Below are positions 23,180 to 35,443 of a stretch of 64,000 bases of DNA, in pieces (positions within the stretch are counted from its first letter, which is position 1; every line of letters starts with the position of its first letter). The notes under the pieces are model-generated. The model had not been told where the DNA came from. It did not search any database and was given only the letters and a program-made list of their open reading frames with translations. A program made the translations under genes and the position numbers. Source of the stretch: Macrostomum lignano (taxonomy: Eukaryota); the NCBI GenBank assembly GCA_002269645.1, contig NIVC01001686.1, positions 62,001-126,000 on the forward strand. The letters are read 5' to 3'.

Positions 23180-24370
23180 TAAGAAAGACAGGTAGATAAG
23201 AGAAGCAGACAAGTAGATAAGAGAAGCAGACAGGTCGATAAGAGAAGCAGACAGGTAGATAAGAGAAGCAGACAGGTATGATAAGAGAAGCAGACAGGTA
23301 GATAAGAGAAGCAAACAGGTATGATAAGAGAAGCAGACAGGTAGATAAGAGAAGCAGACAGGTAGATAAGAGAAGCAAACAGATAGATAAGAGAAGCAAA
23401 CAGGTAAGATAAGAGAAGCAGACAGGTAGATAAGAGAAGCAGACAGGTATGATAAGAGAAGCAGACAGGTAGATAAGAGAAGCAGACAGGTAGATAAGAG
23501 AAGCAGACATTTATGATAAGAGAAGCAGACAGGTATGATAAGAGAAGCAAACAGATAGATAAGAGAAGCAGACAGGTAAGATAAGAGAAGCAGACAGGTA
23601 GATAAGAGAAGCAGACAGGTAGATAAGAGAAGCAGATAGGTAGATAAGAGAAGCAGACATTTATGATAAGAGAAGCAGACAGGTAAGATAAGAGAAGCAG
23701 ACAGGTAGATAAGAGAAGCAGACAGGTATGATAAGAGAAGCAGACAGGTAGATAAGAGAAGCAGATAGGTAGATAAGAGAAGCAGACATTTATGATAAGA
23801 GAAGCAAACAGGTAGATAAGAGAAGCAGATAGGTAGATAAGAGAAGCAGACATTTATGATAAGAGAAGCAAACAGGTAGATAAGAGAAGCAGATAGGTAG
23901 ATAAGAGAAGCAGACATTTATGATAAGAGAAGCAGACAGGTAGATAAGAGAAGCAGATAGGTAGATAAGAGAAGCAGACATTTATGATAAGAGAAGCAAA
24001 CAGGTAGATAAGAGAAGCAGATAGGTAGATAAGAGAAGCAGACAGGTATGATAAGAGAAGCAAACAGATAGATAAGAGAAGCAGACAGGTAAGATAAGAG
24101 AAGCAGACAGGTAGATAAGAGAAGCAGACAGGTAGATAAGAGAAGCAGATAGGTAGATAAGAGAAGCAGACATTTATGATAAGAGAAGCAGACAGGTAAG
24201 ATAAGAGAAGCAGACAGGTAGATAAGAGAAGCAGACAGGTATGATAAGAGAAGCAGACAGGTAGATAAGAGAAGCAGATAGGTAGATAAGAGAAGCAGAC
24301 ATTTATGATAAGAGAAGCAGACAGGTAGATGAGAGAAGCAGACAGGTAGATAAGAGTAGCATATTGATAA
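23180..24370 (+). repeat. 21/22-bp minisatellite GATAAGAGAAGCAGACAGGTA
   Basis: About 55 copies with recurring variants, downstream of the P2X stop codon. Confidence 0.96.
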
Positions 24371-25561
24371 GTAAAATGACACTATAAACATTGTATTAAA
24401 TGACTGCTTGTATTACAGTTGCAAAAGCACAGACTAAATCTACTGAAGATGTGACGCTGCAATAAACTTTGTTTATTGTAAATTTTCTTTATTGCAATCC
24501 ATTTTTTGTACTTCTCTAGGGAATCTTAAAGGAATATGATGGTTCCCACACCTATTACAATATCTATTACTCATTTTGTTGTGTTCCACTGAATATCTAC
24601 AAAGTGTCTCCTTGAGAACCTCCCAGCTGCAATTGTTCTTCATCTCAATTCAAGCCTGGAGATCTACGCTATTAATCAACTATCTTGACCTGTTTCATAC
24701 CATTTTTATGGATTTTTATATTTTTCTACGGACATGTTGGAGCTTTGGACGCATGCAGACGAGGCTGATAGAGTCGTTCTAGCTACAGCGAAAAGAGAGC
24801 TACCTTTCTCAATTCCCGAAGGAATTACTTTCCCTAAATCAGAGCAACTGGGACTCGCTCCGTGCCTCCGGCAACTTGGCTTGTTTGCAATGTAGCAGCA
24901 GAGCTACGAGCTACCCTCTGGTTAGGGAAATCTATAATCACGATCTGCTTTTGGCAAGAAGTTGGCGGCAACAGAAAATCCTCAACTGTTTGATCCCTCC
25001 GGAGGCGTTCTTGGGGCCTTGAGGGCTTCCATCCTGCACCGCAGCAGTGTGTGGGGGGGGGGCAATGCAGCCAAGATTTATGGAGTAGCTTAACCTCGGA
25101 GAGTGGGAAACCAAATCCCGCTTGCTTTCAAGGGGAAATTTGGGGGGAGAAAGATAAAAAAGGCCGTTCTAGCGTCTGCCTTTTTATCGGCCTTTTAAGT
25201 TTTCTACGAACAGATATTGCTTATCTCCCAGTGTTGCATGCCTTGGCAAGTACCTACTTTAACTATTATTTTATACCTTCAAATTACTAGCCTGTTACGA
25301 GCTGCTTTACTTCTTGCAATTCTTATCTCGTGTTAAAGAAACGAAACTCTGTATGCTTGAATAATACATGTACTAGTCCATGCAAAACTATGGCTATAAT
25401 GCAATACAAATGTACAATACCCTATTCTAATAACCAGCTTATTTGAATACCAAAACAATTTTGCTTTGCGTTCGTCAGCTCATTTCAGACTTCGCTTCCT
25501 CATTGGAAGGGTAGAAAACGCTAAATCCTTCTGTGTAAATTGAATATCTCTTATCCATTTT

Positions 25562-25975
25562 CTTGTAGCTGATTGGCTGGAGCAAACCTCTCCCCTAACA
25601 CTAGGGACGAGAAGTTCTGTAGGCACTGTACACCCAATTTATTGCCTTGTGCCCCTTGTAGCTGATTGGCTGCAGCAAATCTCTCCCCTAACACTAGGGA
25701 CGAGAAGTTCTGTGGGCACTGTACACCCAATTTATTGCCTTGTGCCCCTTGTAGCTGATTGGCTGCAGCAAATCTCTCCCTAACACTAGGGACGAGAAGT
25801 TCTGTAGCACTGTACACCCAATTTATTGCCTTGTGCCCCTTGTAGCTGATTGGCTGCAGCAAATCTCTCCCCTAACACTAGGGACGAGAAGTTCTGTAGC
25901 ACAGTACGCCCTATTTATTGCCTTCTGCTACTTACTTGCAGTTGATTGGCTGGAGAAAACCTCTCCCCCACTTTA
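25562..25975 (+). repeat. 93-bp tandem repeat, 4 copies plus a degenerate fifth, each containing CTGATTGGCT
   Basis: Unit starts at 25562, 25655, 25748 and ~25839. Confidence 0.9.
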
Positions 25976-26569
25976 GTGACGAAAAGTTTATGCACACTGT
26001 AAATTCTGCTTATTATGGTAGAAAAGTTGAATGCACGTTAAGGCCATCAAGGAGGGTTACATGTACAAAATATCATATTGCTTTAATTACATTTTATTGC
26101 TCTGGGTCATTATCATTTTAACTAACATTGCTGTGCTCAGAAATCGGCAATCAACAATTCAAGTAATGCTTGTTAAGCAAACAGTAAGGACTGCGTAGTT
26201 GGTGCAGTCACTATGAGTTATTATCGCTATTTTCCTAAAAATGGGATCAAGTGCAAACAGTTGCAATTAAATAGCGCTGTGAATAATGATACTGCTTGCT
26301 CATAGTCAGCTCAATTTTGTTGGGTTAATTGTATTATATGTAAAGCGATCCATTTGAGCCATTTGAAATTTAACTGATTTGATCAGTTATTCAGGAAATT
26401 TGACACAATTATTAAAAATATTTTGAGTCGGTAGTGAGGGTTCATGAATTGTTCAGTTTTAACTGCTTAAAGGTCCAATTGACTTAAAAGATCCATTGAG
26501 TCATGGAACTAAGAGAAACATTGACTCAGGAATCCATTGGGCTCACGGACATGCACATTGACTCGGACT

Positions 26570-26824
26570 CATTCACTCAGGGACATATTCACTCAGGGAC
26601 ATATTCACTCAGGGACATATTCACTCAGGGACATATTCACTCAGGGACACATTCACTCAGGGACACATTCACTCAGGGACATATTCCCTCAGGGACACAT
26701 TCACTCAGGGACATATTCACTCAGGCACATATTCCCTCAGGGACACATTCACTCAGGGACATATTCACTCAGGGACATATTCCCTCAGGGACACATTCAC
26801 TCAGGGACATATTCACTCAGGGAC
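26570..26824 (+). repeat. 16-bp minisatellite ACTCAGGGACATATTC
   Basis: About 16 copies directly abutting the stop codon of the sirtuin-like ORF. Confidence 0.93.
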
Positions 26825-26837
26825 CCATTGGCTCAAT

Positions 26838-27962
26838 TCAGTCGATTCTCTTGGAGCGCCAACTCGTCTCTCCCGGCGCCACCGTGAGCGCCAGCCAGAA
26901 CTCGCCGCGCCAGCCGTCAGCCGCCAGGCTGCACTCGAACGCTGGCGGCCTCCAGCCGTCGCCACGCCGCAGCGGCCGGAACAGCAGCCGCAAAGTCAGC
27001 GACATCACCGACGCCGGTCTGAGCGGCCGGAGCTGCACGCAGCTCGCGTTCAACGGCACGTCGAATTCGAACGGCGGTCGTCGCCGCCATTCTGCGTCGC
27101 TGCCGCCGCCGTAGCCAAGCCCGACTGCCGCCAGCATCGTGGAGATGAAGTCCTCGTCGGGGTCCTTCAGCAGCACAGACACCCGATCCGCGGTGGCACG
27201 AACGCGGAGCCGACAGTGGACGATCCATCGAAGCGACTTTGGCGACTGCAGCGGAGCCAGCAGTCGGATCAGGAGCTTGGCTGGCGACGCGGCCACTCGC
27301 TCGTCTGCCTCGTCGTCCAGCGGGGATCGCGAAAGTCCGCAGACCACGAGACGGCGCCAACATTGGCGGCGCTGACGGCGCTCAGATCGGTGCCAATCGG
27401 CAACTCGGTAGTCGCGTCGAACAGTTCCAAGCAGCAGCAGCAGGTCCGCCGACTCGATTGTCGACGCAATGACGTCATCGTTCTTGATGACGTCATCGCT
27501 ACGAAGAGGCGCGGAGAGAGCTCCTCCGCAGGCGGGGCACAACCTGCCCGACGAATCGCCGTCGCTGTCAAAGTCCCAGTGAACTACGGTGCTTCGCCTG
27601 CGGCAGGCGTCACTGCCTCTCAGGCGACATCGTCGAAAGTCCGACTGCCGGCGGCCTGCAGCAGTTTGGCCGGCGGAAAACCGGCGCGACGCAACCGGCC
27701 GTCCGAGGTGTCGACGATCGTGGCACTGACGAGGCCGGCGGCGGCCAGAGCAGCCAGAGCGAGGTGCCCGACTCCAGGCTCGTCGACGCCGAGGTCCGAC
27801 TGGTTGTCAATGCCGCTGCCAACGATGGCAAGGACGCGGCCGTCAGGTGCCGACTTGGCCATCCAGGTGCCGATATCAGCCGCCTGTCTGTCGGTTGTTG
27901 CTTCAGGAGCTTCTGACAGCGGCTGCAGAAATTTGTGATTGCCTTGGCGACGTCGGGCATTT
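26838..27962 (-). CDS. Class IV (SIRT6/7-like) sirtuin homologue lacking catalytic residues, with a C-terminal YEATS-like domain; a 1-nt frameshift at ~27641-27643 splits it into two ORFs (pseudoenzyme or pseudogene)
   Basis: Frame A gives VLAIVGSGID and HLALAALAAAGLVSATIVDTSDGRLRRAGFPPAKLLQAAGS, which aligns without gaps to SIRT6 H95-N135 as recalled. Frame B continues with four Cys (C-x7-C-x21-CPAC), SADLLLLLGT and RRLVVCGLSRSPLDDEADERV. Splice acceptor TTCTCAG at 27963-27969; the N-terminal exon and start codon were not identified. Confidence 0.8.
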
Positions 27963-27987
27963 CTGAGAATAGTGTTGAGCAATATGA

Positions 27988-28797
27988 CAACTCAGAAACT
28001 CAGCAACTCAGTAATTCAACAACTCAGCAGCTCAGTAACTCTGCAACTCAGAAACTCAGCAACTCAGCAACTCAGAAACTCAGCAACTCAAAAACTCAGC
28101 AACTCAGCAACTCAGCAACTCAGTAACTCAGTAACTCAGCAACTCATCAACTCTGCAACTCATCAACTCAGCAACTCAGTAACTCTGCAACTCAGAAACT
28201 CAGCAACTCAGAAACTCAGCAACTCAGAAACTCAGCAACTCAGAAACTCAGCAACTCAGTAACTCAGCAACTCAGCAACTCAGCAACTCATCAACTCTGC
28301 AACTCAGCAGCTCAGCAATTCAGCAACTCATCAACTCAGCAACTCAGCAACTCATCAACTCATCAACTCAGCAACTCATCAACTCATCAACTCAGCAACT
28401 CATCAACTCAGCAACTCAGCAACTGAGCAACTCATCAACTCAGCAACTCATCAACTCATCAACTCATCAACTCAGCAACTCAGCAACTCAGCAACTCAGC
28501 AACTCATCAACTCAGCAACTCAGTAACTCAGCAACTCAGCAACTCATCAACTCAGCAACTCAGTAACTCTGCAACTCAGCAACTCAGTAACTCAGCAACT
28601 CAGCAACTCAGCAACTCAGTAACTCAGAAACTCAGAAACTCAGCAACTCAGCAACTCAGCAACTCAGCAACTCAGCAACTCAGTAACTCAGAAACTCAGA
28701 AACTCAGAAACCCAGCAACTCAGCAACTCAGAAACTCAGAAACTCAGAAACTCAGTAACTCAGCAACTCAGTAACTCAGAAACTCAGAATCTCATCA
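27988..28797 (+). repeat. 8-bp satellite (AACTCAGC)n with variants
   Basis: About 100 units in the intron 5' of the sirtuin-like exon. Confidence 0.96.
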
Positions 28798-29329
28798 ACA
28801 TGGGGAAACGACAACTTAGCTAAAAGATAACAAATAGTATTTTCAGGAAGAACTTACCGAATTCGCAGTCAGATTCCAATGTTTATTCGAAGAACGAGTT
28901 TCAACGCTCTATGCGCTAAGAAGTCGCGCAGTTGACGCATAGCGAGACAAAGTCGCTAAGATGCTTTGCGCGGACGCGGCTTCTTCATATATGGTAAAAA
29001 AGCCGTCTCGTTTTACTGTTCTCAGCCGGCTTCATAAATAATTAATACCAAAAATAACTTGACAACCTAAGATGGGGGCAATTCTGCTGAGTGGAACCGT
29101 GGCAACAATGAATGAATTTTTCATAGCTTTTTGGCGAAATTAGTTTGCAAGTACGATGCGGTGTGTTAAGACATGTTTTATATTGTTCTTTAGTGCTTAG
29201 GTTGACCGGATCTGCTGAGCTTCGTCACTAATTTTTACATGATTCTCATAGGTGATTTTAGGATTTTTCGATCACTTTACGAGCGTATGATTCGAGAGAG
29301 ACGTCATTATTTTTCTCTGATTTCACTGC

Positions 29330-31988
29330 TCGTCACTTGACTCGTCACTGATTCCATGACTCGTCACTGATTCCATTGATCGTCACTGATTCCATCACTC
29401 GTCACTGATTTCATTGATCGTCACTGATTTCATTATTAATCGTCACTGATTCCATTAATCGTCACTGATTCCATGACTCGTCACTGATTCCATGACTCGT
29501 CACAGATTCCATGACTCGTCACTGATTCCATGACTCGTCACTGATTCCATGACTCGTCACTGATTCCATGACTCGTCACTGATTCCATGACTCGTCACTG
29601 ATTTCATTAAAAATCGTCACTGATTTCATTAAAAATCGTCACTGATTCCATTGATCGTCACTGATTCCATCACTCGTCACTGATTCCATTGATCGTCACT
29701 GATTCCATCACTCGTCACTGATTCCATTGATCGTCACTGATTTCATTGATCGTCACTGATTTCATTATTAATCGTCACTGATTCCATGACTCGTCACTGA
29801 TTCCATGACTCGTCACTGATTCCATGACTCGTCACTGATTCCATGACTCGTCACTGATTCCATCACTCGTCACTGATTCCATTGATCGTCACTGATTTCA
29901 TTATTAATCGTCACTGATTCCATGACTCGTCACTGATTCCATGACTCGTCACTGATTCCATGACTCGTCACTGATTCCATGACTCGTCACTGATTCCATG
30001 ACTCGTCACTGATTCCATGACTCGTCACTGATTCCATGACTCGTCACTGATTTCATTAAAAATCGTCACTGATTCCATCACTCGTCACTGATTCCATTGA
30101 TCGTCACTGATTTCATTAATAATCGTCACTGATTCCATCACTCGTCACTGATTCCATCACTCGTCACTGATTCCATTGATCGTCACTGATTCCATCACTC
30201 GTCACTGATTCCATTGATCGTCACTGATTCCATTGATCGTCACTGATTTCATTAATAATCGTCACTGATTCCATCACTCGTCACTGATTCCATTGATCGT
30301 CACTGATTCCATCACTCGTCACTGATTCCATTGATCGTCACTGATTCCATTGATCGTCACTGATTCCATCACTCGTCACTGATTCCATTGATCGTCACTG
30401 ATTCCATTGATCGTCACTGATTCCATTGATCGTCACTGATTCCATTGATCGTCACTGATTCCATTGATCGTCACTGATTCCATTGATCGTCACTGATTCC
30501 ATTGATCGTCACTGATTCCATTGATCGTCACTGATTCCATTGATCGTCACTGATTCCATTGATCGTCACTGATTCCATTGATCGTCACTGATTCCATCAC
30601 TCGTCACTGATTCCATTGATCGTCACTGATTCCATCACTCGTCACTGATTCCATCACTCGTCACTGATTCCATTGATCGTCACTGATTTCATTAATAATC
30701 GTCACTGATTCCATTGATCATCACTGATTCCATTGATCGTCACTGATTCCATTGATCGTCACTGATTCCATTGATCGTCACTGATTCCATTGATCGTCAC
30801 TGATTCCATTGATCGTCACTGATTCCATCACTCGTCACTGATTCCATTGATCGTCACTGATTTCATTAATAATCGTCACTGATTCCATTGATCATCACTG
30901 ATTCCATTGATCGTCACTGATTCCATTGATCGTCACTGATTCCATTGATCGTCACTGATTCCATTGATCGTCACTGATTCCATTGATCGTCACTGATTCA
31001 TGACTTGTCACTGATTCCATGACTTGTCACTGATTCCATTGATCGTCACTGATTGCATCACTCGTCACTGATTCCATTGATCATCACTGATTCCATTGAT
31101 CGTCACTGATTCCATCACTTGTCACTGATTCCATTGATCGTCACTGATTCCATTGATCGTCACTGATTCCATTGATCGTCACTGATTCCATTGATCATCA
31201 CTGATTCCATTGATCGTCACTGATTCCATTGATCGTCACTGATTCCATTGATCGTCACTGATTCCATTGATCGTCACTGATTCCATTGATCGTCACTGAT
31301 TCATGACTTGTCACTGATTCCATGACTTGTCACTGATTCCATTGATCGTCACTGATTGCATCACTCGTCACTGATTCCATTGATCATCACTGATTCCATT
31401 GATCGTCACTGATTCCATCACTTGTCACTGATTCCATTGATCGTCACTGATTCCATTGATCGTCACTGATTCCATTGATCGTCACTGATTCCATTGATCG
31501 TCACTGATTCCATTGATAGTCACTGATTCCATTGATAGTCACTGATTCCATTGATCGTCCTGATTCCATTGATCGTCACTGATTCCATCACTCGTCACTG
31601 ATTCCATTGATCGTCACTGATTCCATTGATAGTCACTGATTCCATTGATAGTCACTGATTCCATTGATCGTCACTGATTCCATTGATCGTCACTGATTCC
31701 ATTGATAGTCACTGATTCCATTGATAGTCACTGATTCCATTGATCGTCCTGATTCCATTGATCGTCACTGATTCCATCACTCGTCACTGATTCCATTGAT
31801 CGTCACTGATTCCATTGATAGTCACTGATTCCATTGATAGTCACTGATTCCATTGATCGTCACTGATTCCATCACTCGTCACTGATTCCATTGATCGTCA
31901 CTGATTCCATTCATCGTCACTGATTCCATTGATCGTCACTGATTCCATTGATCGTCACTGATTCCATCACTCGTCACTGATTCCATGA
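29330..31988 (+). repeat. 18/19-bp satellite TCGTCACTGATTCCAT(TGA/GAC/CAC), about 140 copies
   Basis: Largest array in the window; variant blocks are duplicated as higher-order units. Confidence 0.98.
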
Positions 31989-32954
31989 CTACCTGTACAA
32001 TCGTATGTACAGTTCCCCCCAGTGACATCGGAACTGAAACAAGAGACGTAGTTCTCATCCTTTTGAACGATTTGAAAAAGCATATTTACTTCTGCCTTCA
32101 ATGCGTCAAATTACTGGCTTGAGTATCTATCCGTTTCCCTCGTCAATTGTTGCAGGCAGCAAAGGCAGGTGACTGGAGAAAGAAATTCCCGTCACGGTCT
32201 CACGCTAAAAGTACGATATTTCTTCGCAGCTGAGGCATGCCAGTTCTCACACCTCTCTTTCTTCATCTAATTCTGCTTATTCCTCCAGAGATGCTGAAGA
32301 GACAGAGGCTGCAATGCTAGCCTTAGTTAAAAAACTCATGCTCAATTGCCGCACCTCAATGGAAGGGAGCTGTCTGTGGAAGGCTTTCTTTTCTAAAGTG
32401 GCTGCAGGCTCGGTCTTGTGCTTTCTTATCTTCCCTCTTTTCCCCTCTCCTCCGTGTGAGCTGGTTTCATCAATAATGGGACTGACTGCTGCAAGGCGTG
32501 GATTTGGGAGCAGGCAAATATCGATTAAAAAAGATAGTTCCAAGAAGAACTCGTACAATATTTCTGATGATTTTAGTTCTACCGCAATTTTCTATTGCTG
32601 CGAAACTCCCATGCAGATTCAAGAACAGACTGGCTTTTCAGCATTCTATTTTTATTGTAAGTCTCACAGACACAAAATTTCTGAGGACAAACATCGAAGT
32701 TGATGCGGACTGTTTGATGTACTTGACATTTTGATACTTCGGAGTGGCAGTCAAAGCTGCTGGTTTATATCGAGGCCGAACGTCGGTAATCCATCTTAGC
32801 GTCAGATATGTAGCGATTTATTCTGCGCCTTGGGGGCTGGCCCGATAAGCATTAGGCTAATATTCTCGCTTTTTTTAAATCAAAACCACGGAGATTACCT
32901 TTCCATGCCGAAGCCTGGAAATATAATAAACTGTTCCTGCCGTCACAGTCAATA

Positions 32955-33622
32955 GGACTGGCCATAGACTATCGCTGCCATTTCAACACACTGCTGTGGG
33001 ATCTGGCCATAGACTATCGCTGCCATTTCGACACACTGCTGTGAGGGCTGGCCATAGACCATCGCTGCTATTTCGACACACTGCTGTGGGGTCTGGCCAA
33101 AGAATATCGCTGAAATTTCGACACACTGCTGTGAGGACTGGCCATAGACTATGGATTCCATTTCAACACACTGCTGTGGGATCTGGCCATAGACTATCGC
33201 TGCCATTTCAACACACTGCTGTGGGATCTGGCCATAGACTATCGCTGCCATTTCGACACACTGCTGTGAGGGCTGGCCATAGACCATCGCTGCTATTTCG
33301 ACACACTGCTGTGGGGTCTGGCCAAAGAATATCGCTGAAATTTCGACACACTGCTGTGAGGACTGGCCATAGACTATGGATTCCATTTCAACACACTGCT
33401 GTGGGATCTGGCCATAGACTATCGCTGCCATTTCAACACACTGCTGTGGGGTCTGGCCATAGAAAATCACTGAAATTTCAACATACTGCTGTGAGGTCTG
33501 GCCATGGACTATGGATTCCATTTCAACACACTGATGTGGGGTCCGGCCAAAGACTATCATTGCCATTTCAACACACTGCTGTGGGGTCTGGCCATAGACT
33601 ATCGCTGCCATTTCGACACTGC
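32955..33622 (+). repeat. 45-bp minisatellite, about 15 copies
   Basis: CTGGCCATAGAC recurs at 32958 and 33003; explains the 15-aa periodic ORFs. Confidence 0.94.
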
Positions 33623-34611
33623 TGTGCAAAGAGAAAGGAGCACTTATTCCATACGAAGGCTTAGCTCTAGAATTGAATCCAAGAGGTTTCCAGTCCACAC
33701 CTTCTCTTGAAGCTCATGGCCCGGGGGTCGGGTGGGGTAGAAAGAGAAGATTAAATTGAGTATAGAGAGCACGATAGAAGACTATCTGAGATACTATACA
33801 GATATGGGCAGGTAAAGGGTGCATGAGTTTTCAGGGGATTTTGTTGGTGAAGAATCTCTAGGTCCCAGAGCGCCCGTCAGAAAATTGACGCAGAGTTGCA
33901 CGAGCTGAGGAAGATCGGGCTGACTGAGTGTGTTTGCCCACTAGGTGGTGCCGGCACATTTCGAGTGGGTGTCAAATTTCCTTCAAGACTGCGCCGCAGC
34001 GCTTCCTGTTTTTTGTTATTGCTGTGCAAATAATAATCAAGGGAAATTATTGATTATTAACAGTAATATTTTTTTCTGACAGAAATCTGATTAGTACAAG
34101 TTGAGGGTATCGACGGGGGTCACATTGACAGGTAGGGTTTTGAGTTCGCAATTGGATAGGTAGTTCAAATAAAAGTACACTGCATTTATCATCTAGAACT
34201 GTTAAAAAGATCTCGAAGTACTATTAAAAAACTATAGCTACAAAGAAAACGAGAAAACAGAATGACAACAGATTGCGGAATTATTTGCTAAGTTATAATC
34301 AATACTTATAACTACCATAGCGTAGGACGTGCATTTTCAATCGCAAGACAAAAACAAAAGAGTAACTCCAAGAGTAACTTCAATGGCAAAGTCACCAGTT
34401 CGTGACAGAAAAATACACGGGGAGGAGGGAATTTTACATCATAGGAGTTTATTATCGGGTCTTCGAAAAGACAATTTTGCTTTGTGCATTACAACGTAAC
34501 TCTTAGATAAGACAGCGCTATCTTTGACAGTCGTGTCATTTTATTACAGTATGATCATTTTCAGGCTTTGTTTTCTAAATATAAACAAAATACACAACGA
34601 AACAAGGTCAC

Positions 34612-35382
34612 ATGCTAAATGGTCACATAGTGACACAAGTCTCAAAGCACAGTGCTAAATGGTCACATAGTGACACAAGTCTCAAAGCACAGTGCTAAAT
34701 GGTCACATAGTGATACAAGTCTCAAAGTACGGTGCTCATTGGTCACATAGTGACACAAGTCTCAAAGTACGGTGCTCATTGGTCACATAGTGACACAAGT
34801 CTCAAAGCACAGTGCTAAATGGTCACATAGTGACACAAGTCTCAAAGCACAGTGCTAAATGGTCACATATTGATACAAGTTTCAAAGCACAGTGCTAAAT
34901 GGCCACATAGTGATACAAGTCTCAAAGTACAGTGCTCATTGGTCACATAGTGACACAAGTCTCAAAGCACAGTTGCTAAATGGTCACATAGTGATACAAG
35001 TCTCAAAGCACAGTGCTAAATGGTCACATAGTGACACAAGTCTCAAAGTACGGTGCTCATTGGTCACATAGTGATACAAGTTTCAAAGCACAGTGCTAAA
35101 TGGTCACATAGTGATACAAGTCTCAAAGCACAGTGCTAAATGGTCACATAGTGATACAAGTTTCAAAGCACAGTGCTAAATGGCCACATAGTGATACAAG
35201 TCTCAAAGTACGGTGCTCATTGGTCACATAGTGACACAAGTCTCAAAGCACAGTGCTAAATGGTCACATAGTGATACAAGTCTCAAAGCACAGTGCTTAA
35301 TGGTCACACAGTGACACAAGTCTCAAATCAAAGTGCTAAATAGTCACGTAGTGACAAAGTCTCAAAGTACGGTGCTCATTGG
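34612..35382 (+). repeat. 40-bp minisatellite GTGCTAAATGGTCACATAGTGACACAAGTCTCAAAGCACA, about 19 copies
   Basis: Direct inspection; it ends ~60 bp from the GPCR stop codon. Confidence 0.95.
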
Positions 35383-35443
35383 TCAGAGCGTCAATTACAG
35401 TTCTGGTTGAAACCACACAGTGTCCGATTTCGTCAGTGCCAAA

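Noticed and set aside
27630-27650. Programmed -1 ribosomal frameshift in the sirtuin-like gene
   Set aside because: No canonical slippery heptamer at the shift point; an indel is more parsimonious.
26503-28262. + strand ORFs and alternative - strand ORFs over the sirtuin-like locus
   Set aside because: Shadow frames or repeat run-ins; only frames A and B carry sirtuin motifs.
32100-32734. Short ORFs that might be a decayed retroelement
   Set aside because: No RT, endonuclease or integrase motif could be recognised.
33938-33952. CTCF-like motif CCACTAGGTGGTGCC
   Set aside because: Single imperfect hit; CTCF is reported absent from flatworms studied so far, so chance is the simpler explanation if the taxon guess is right.
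29330-35382. Regular arrays superficially like CRISPR
   Set aside because: Units are head-to-tail with no unique spacers, there are no cas genes, and the context is spliced eukaryotic DNA.
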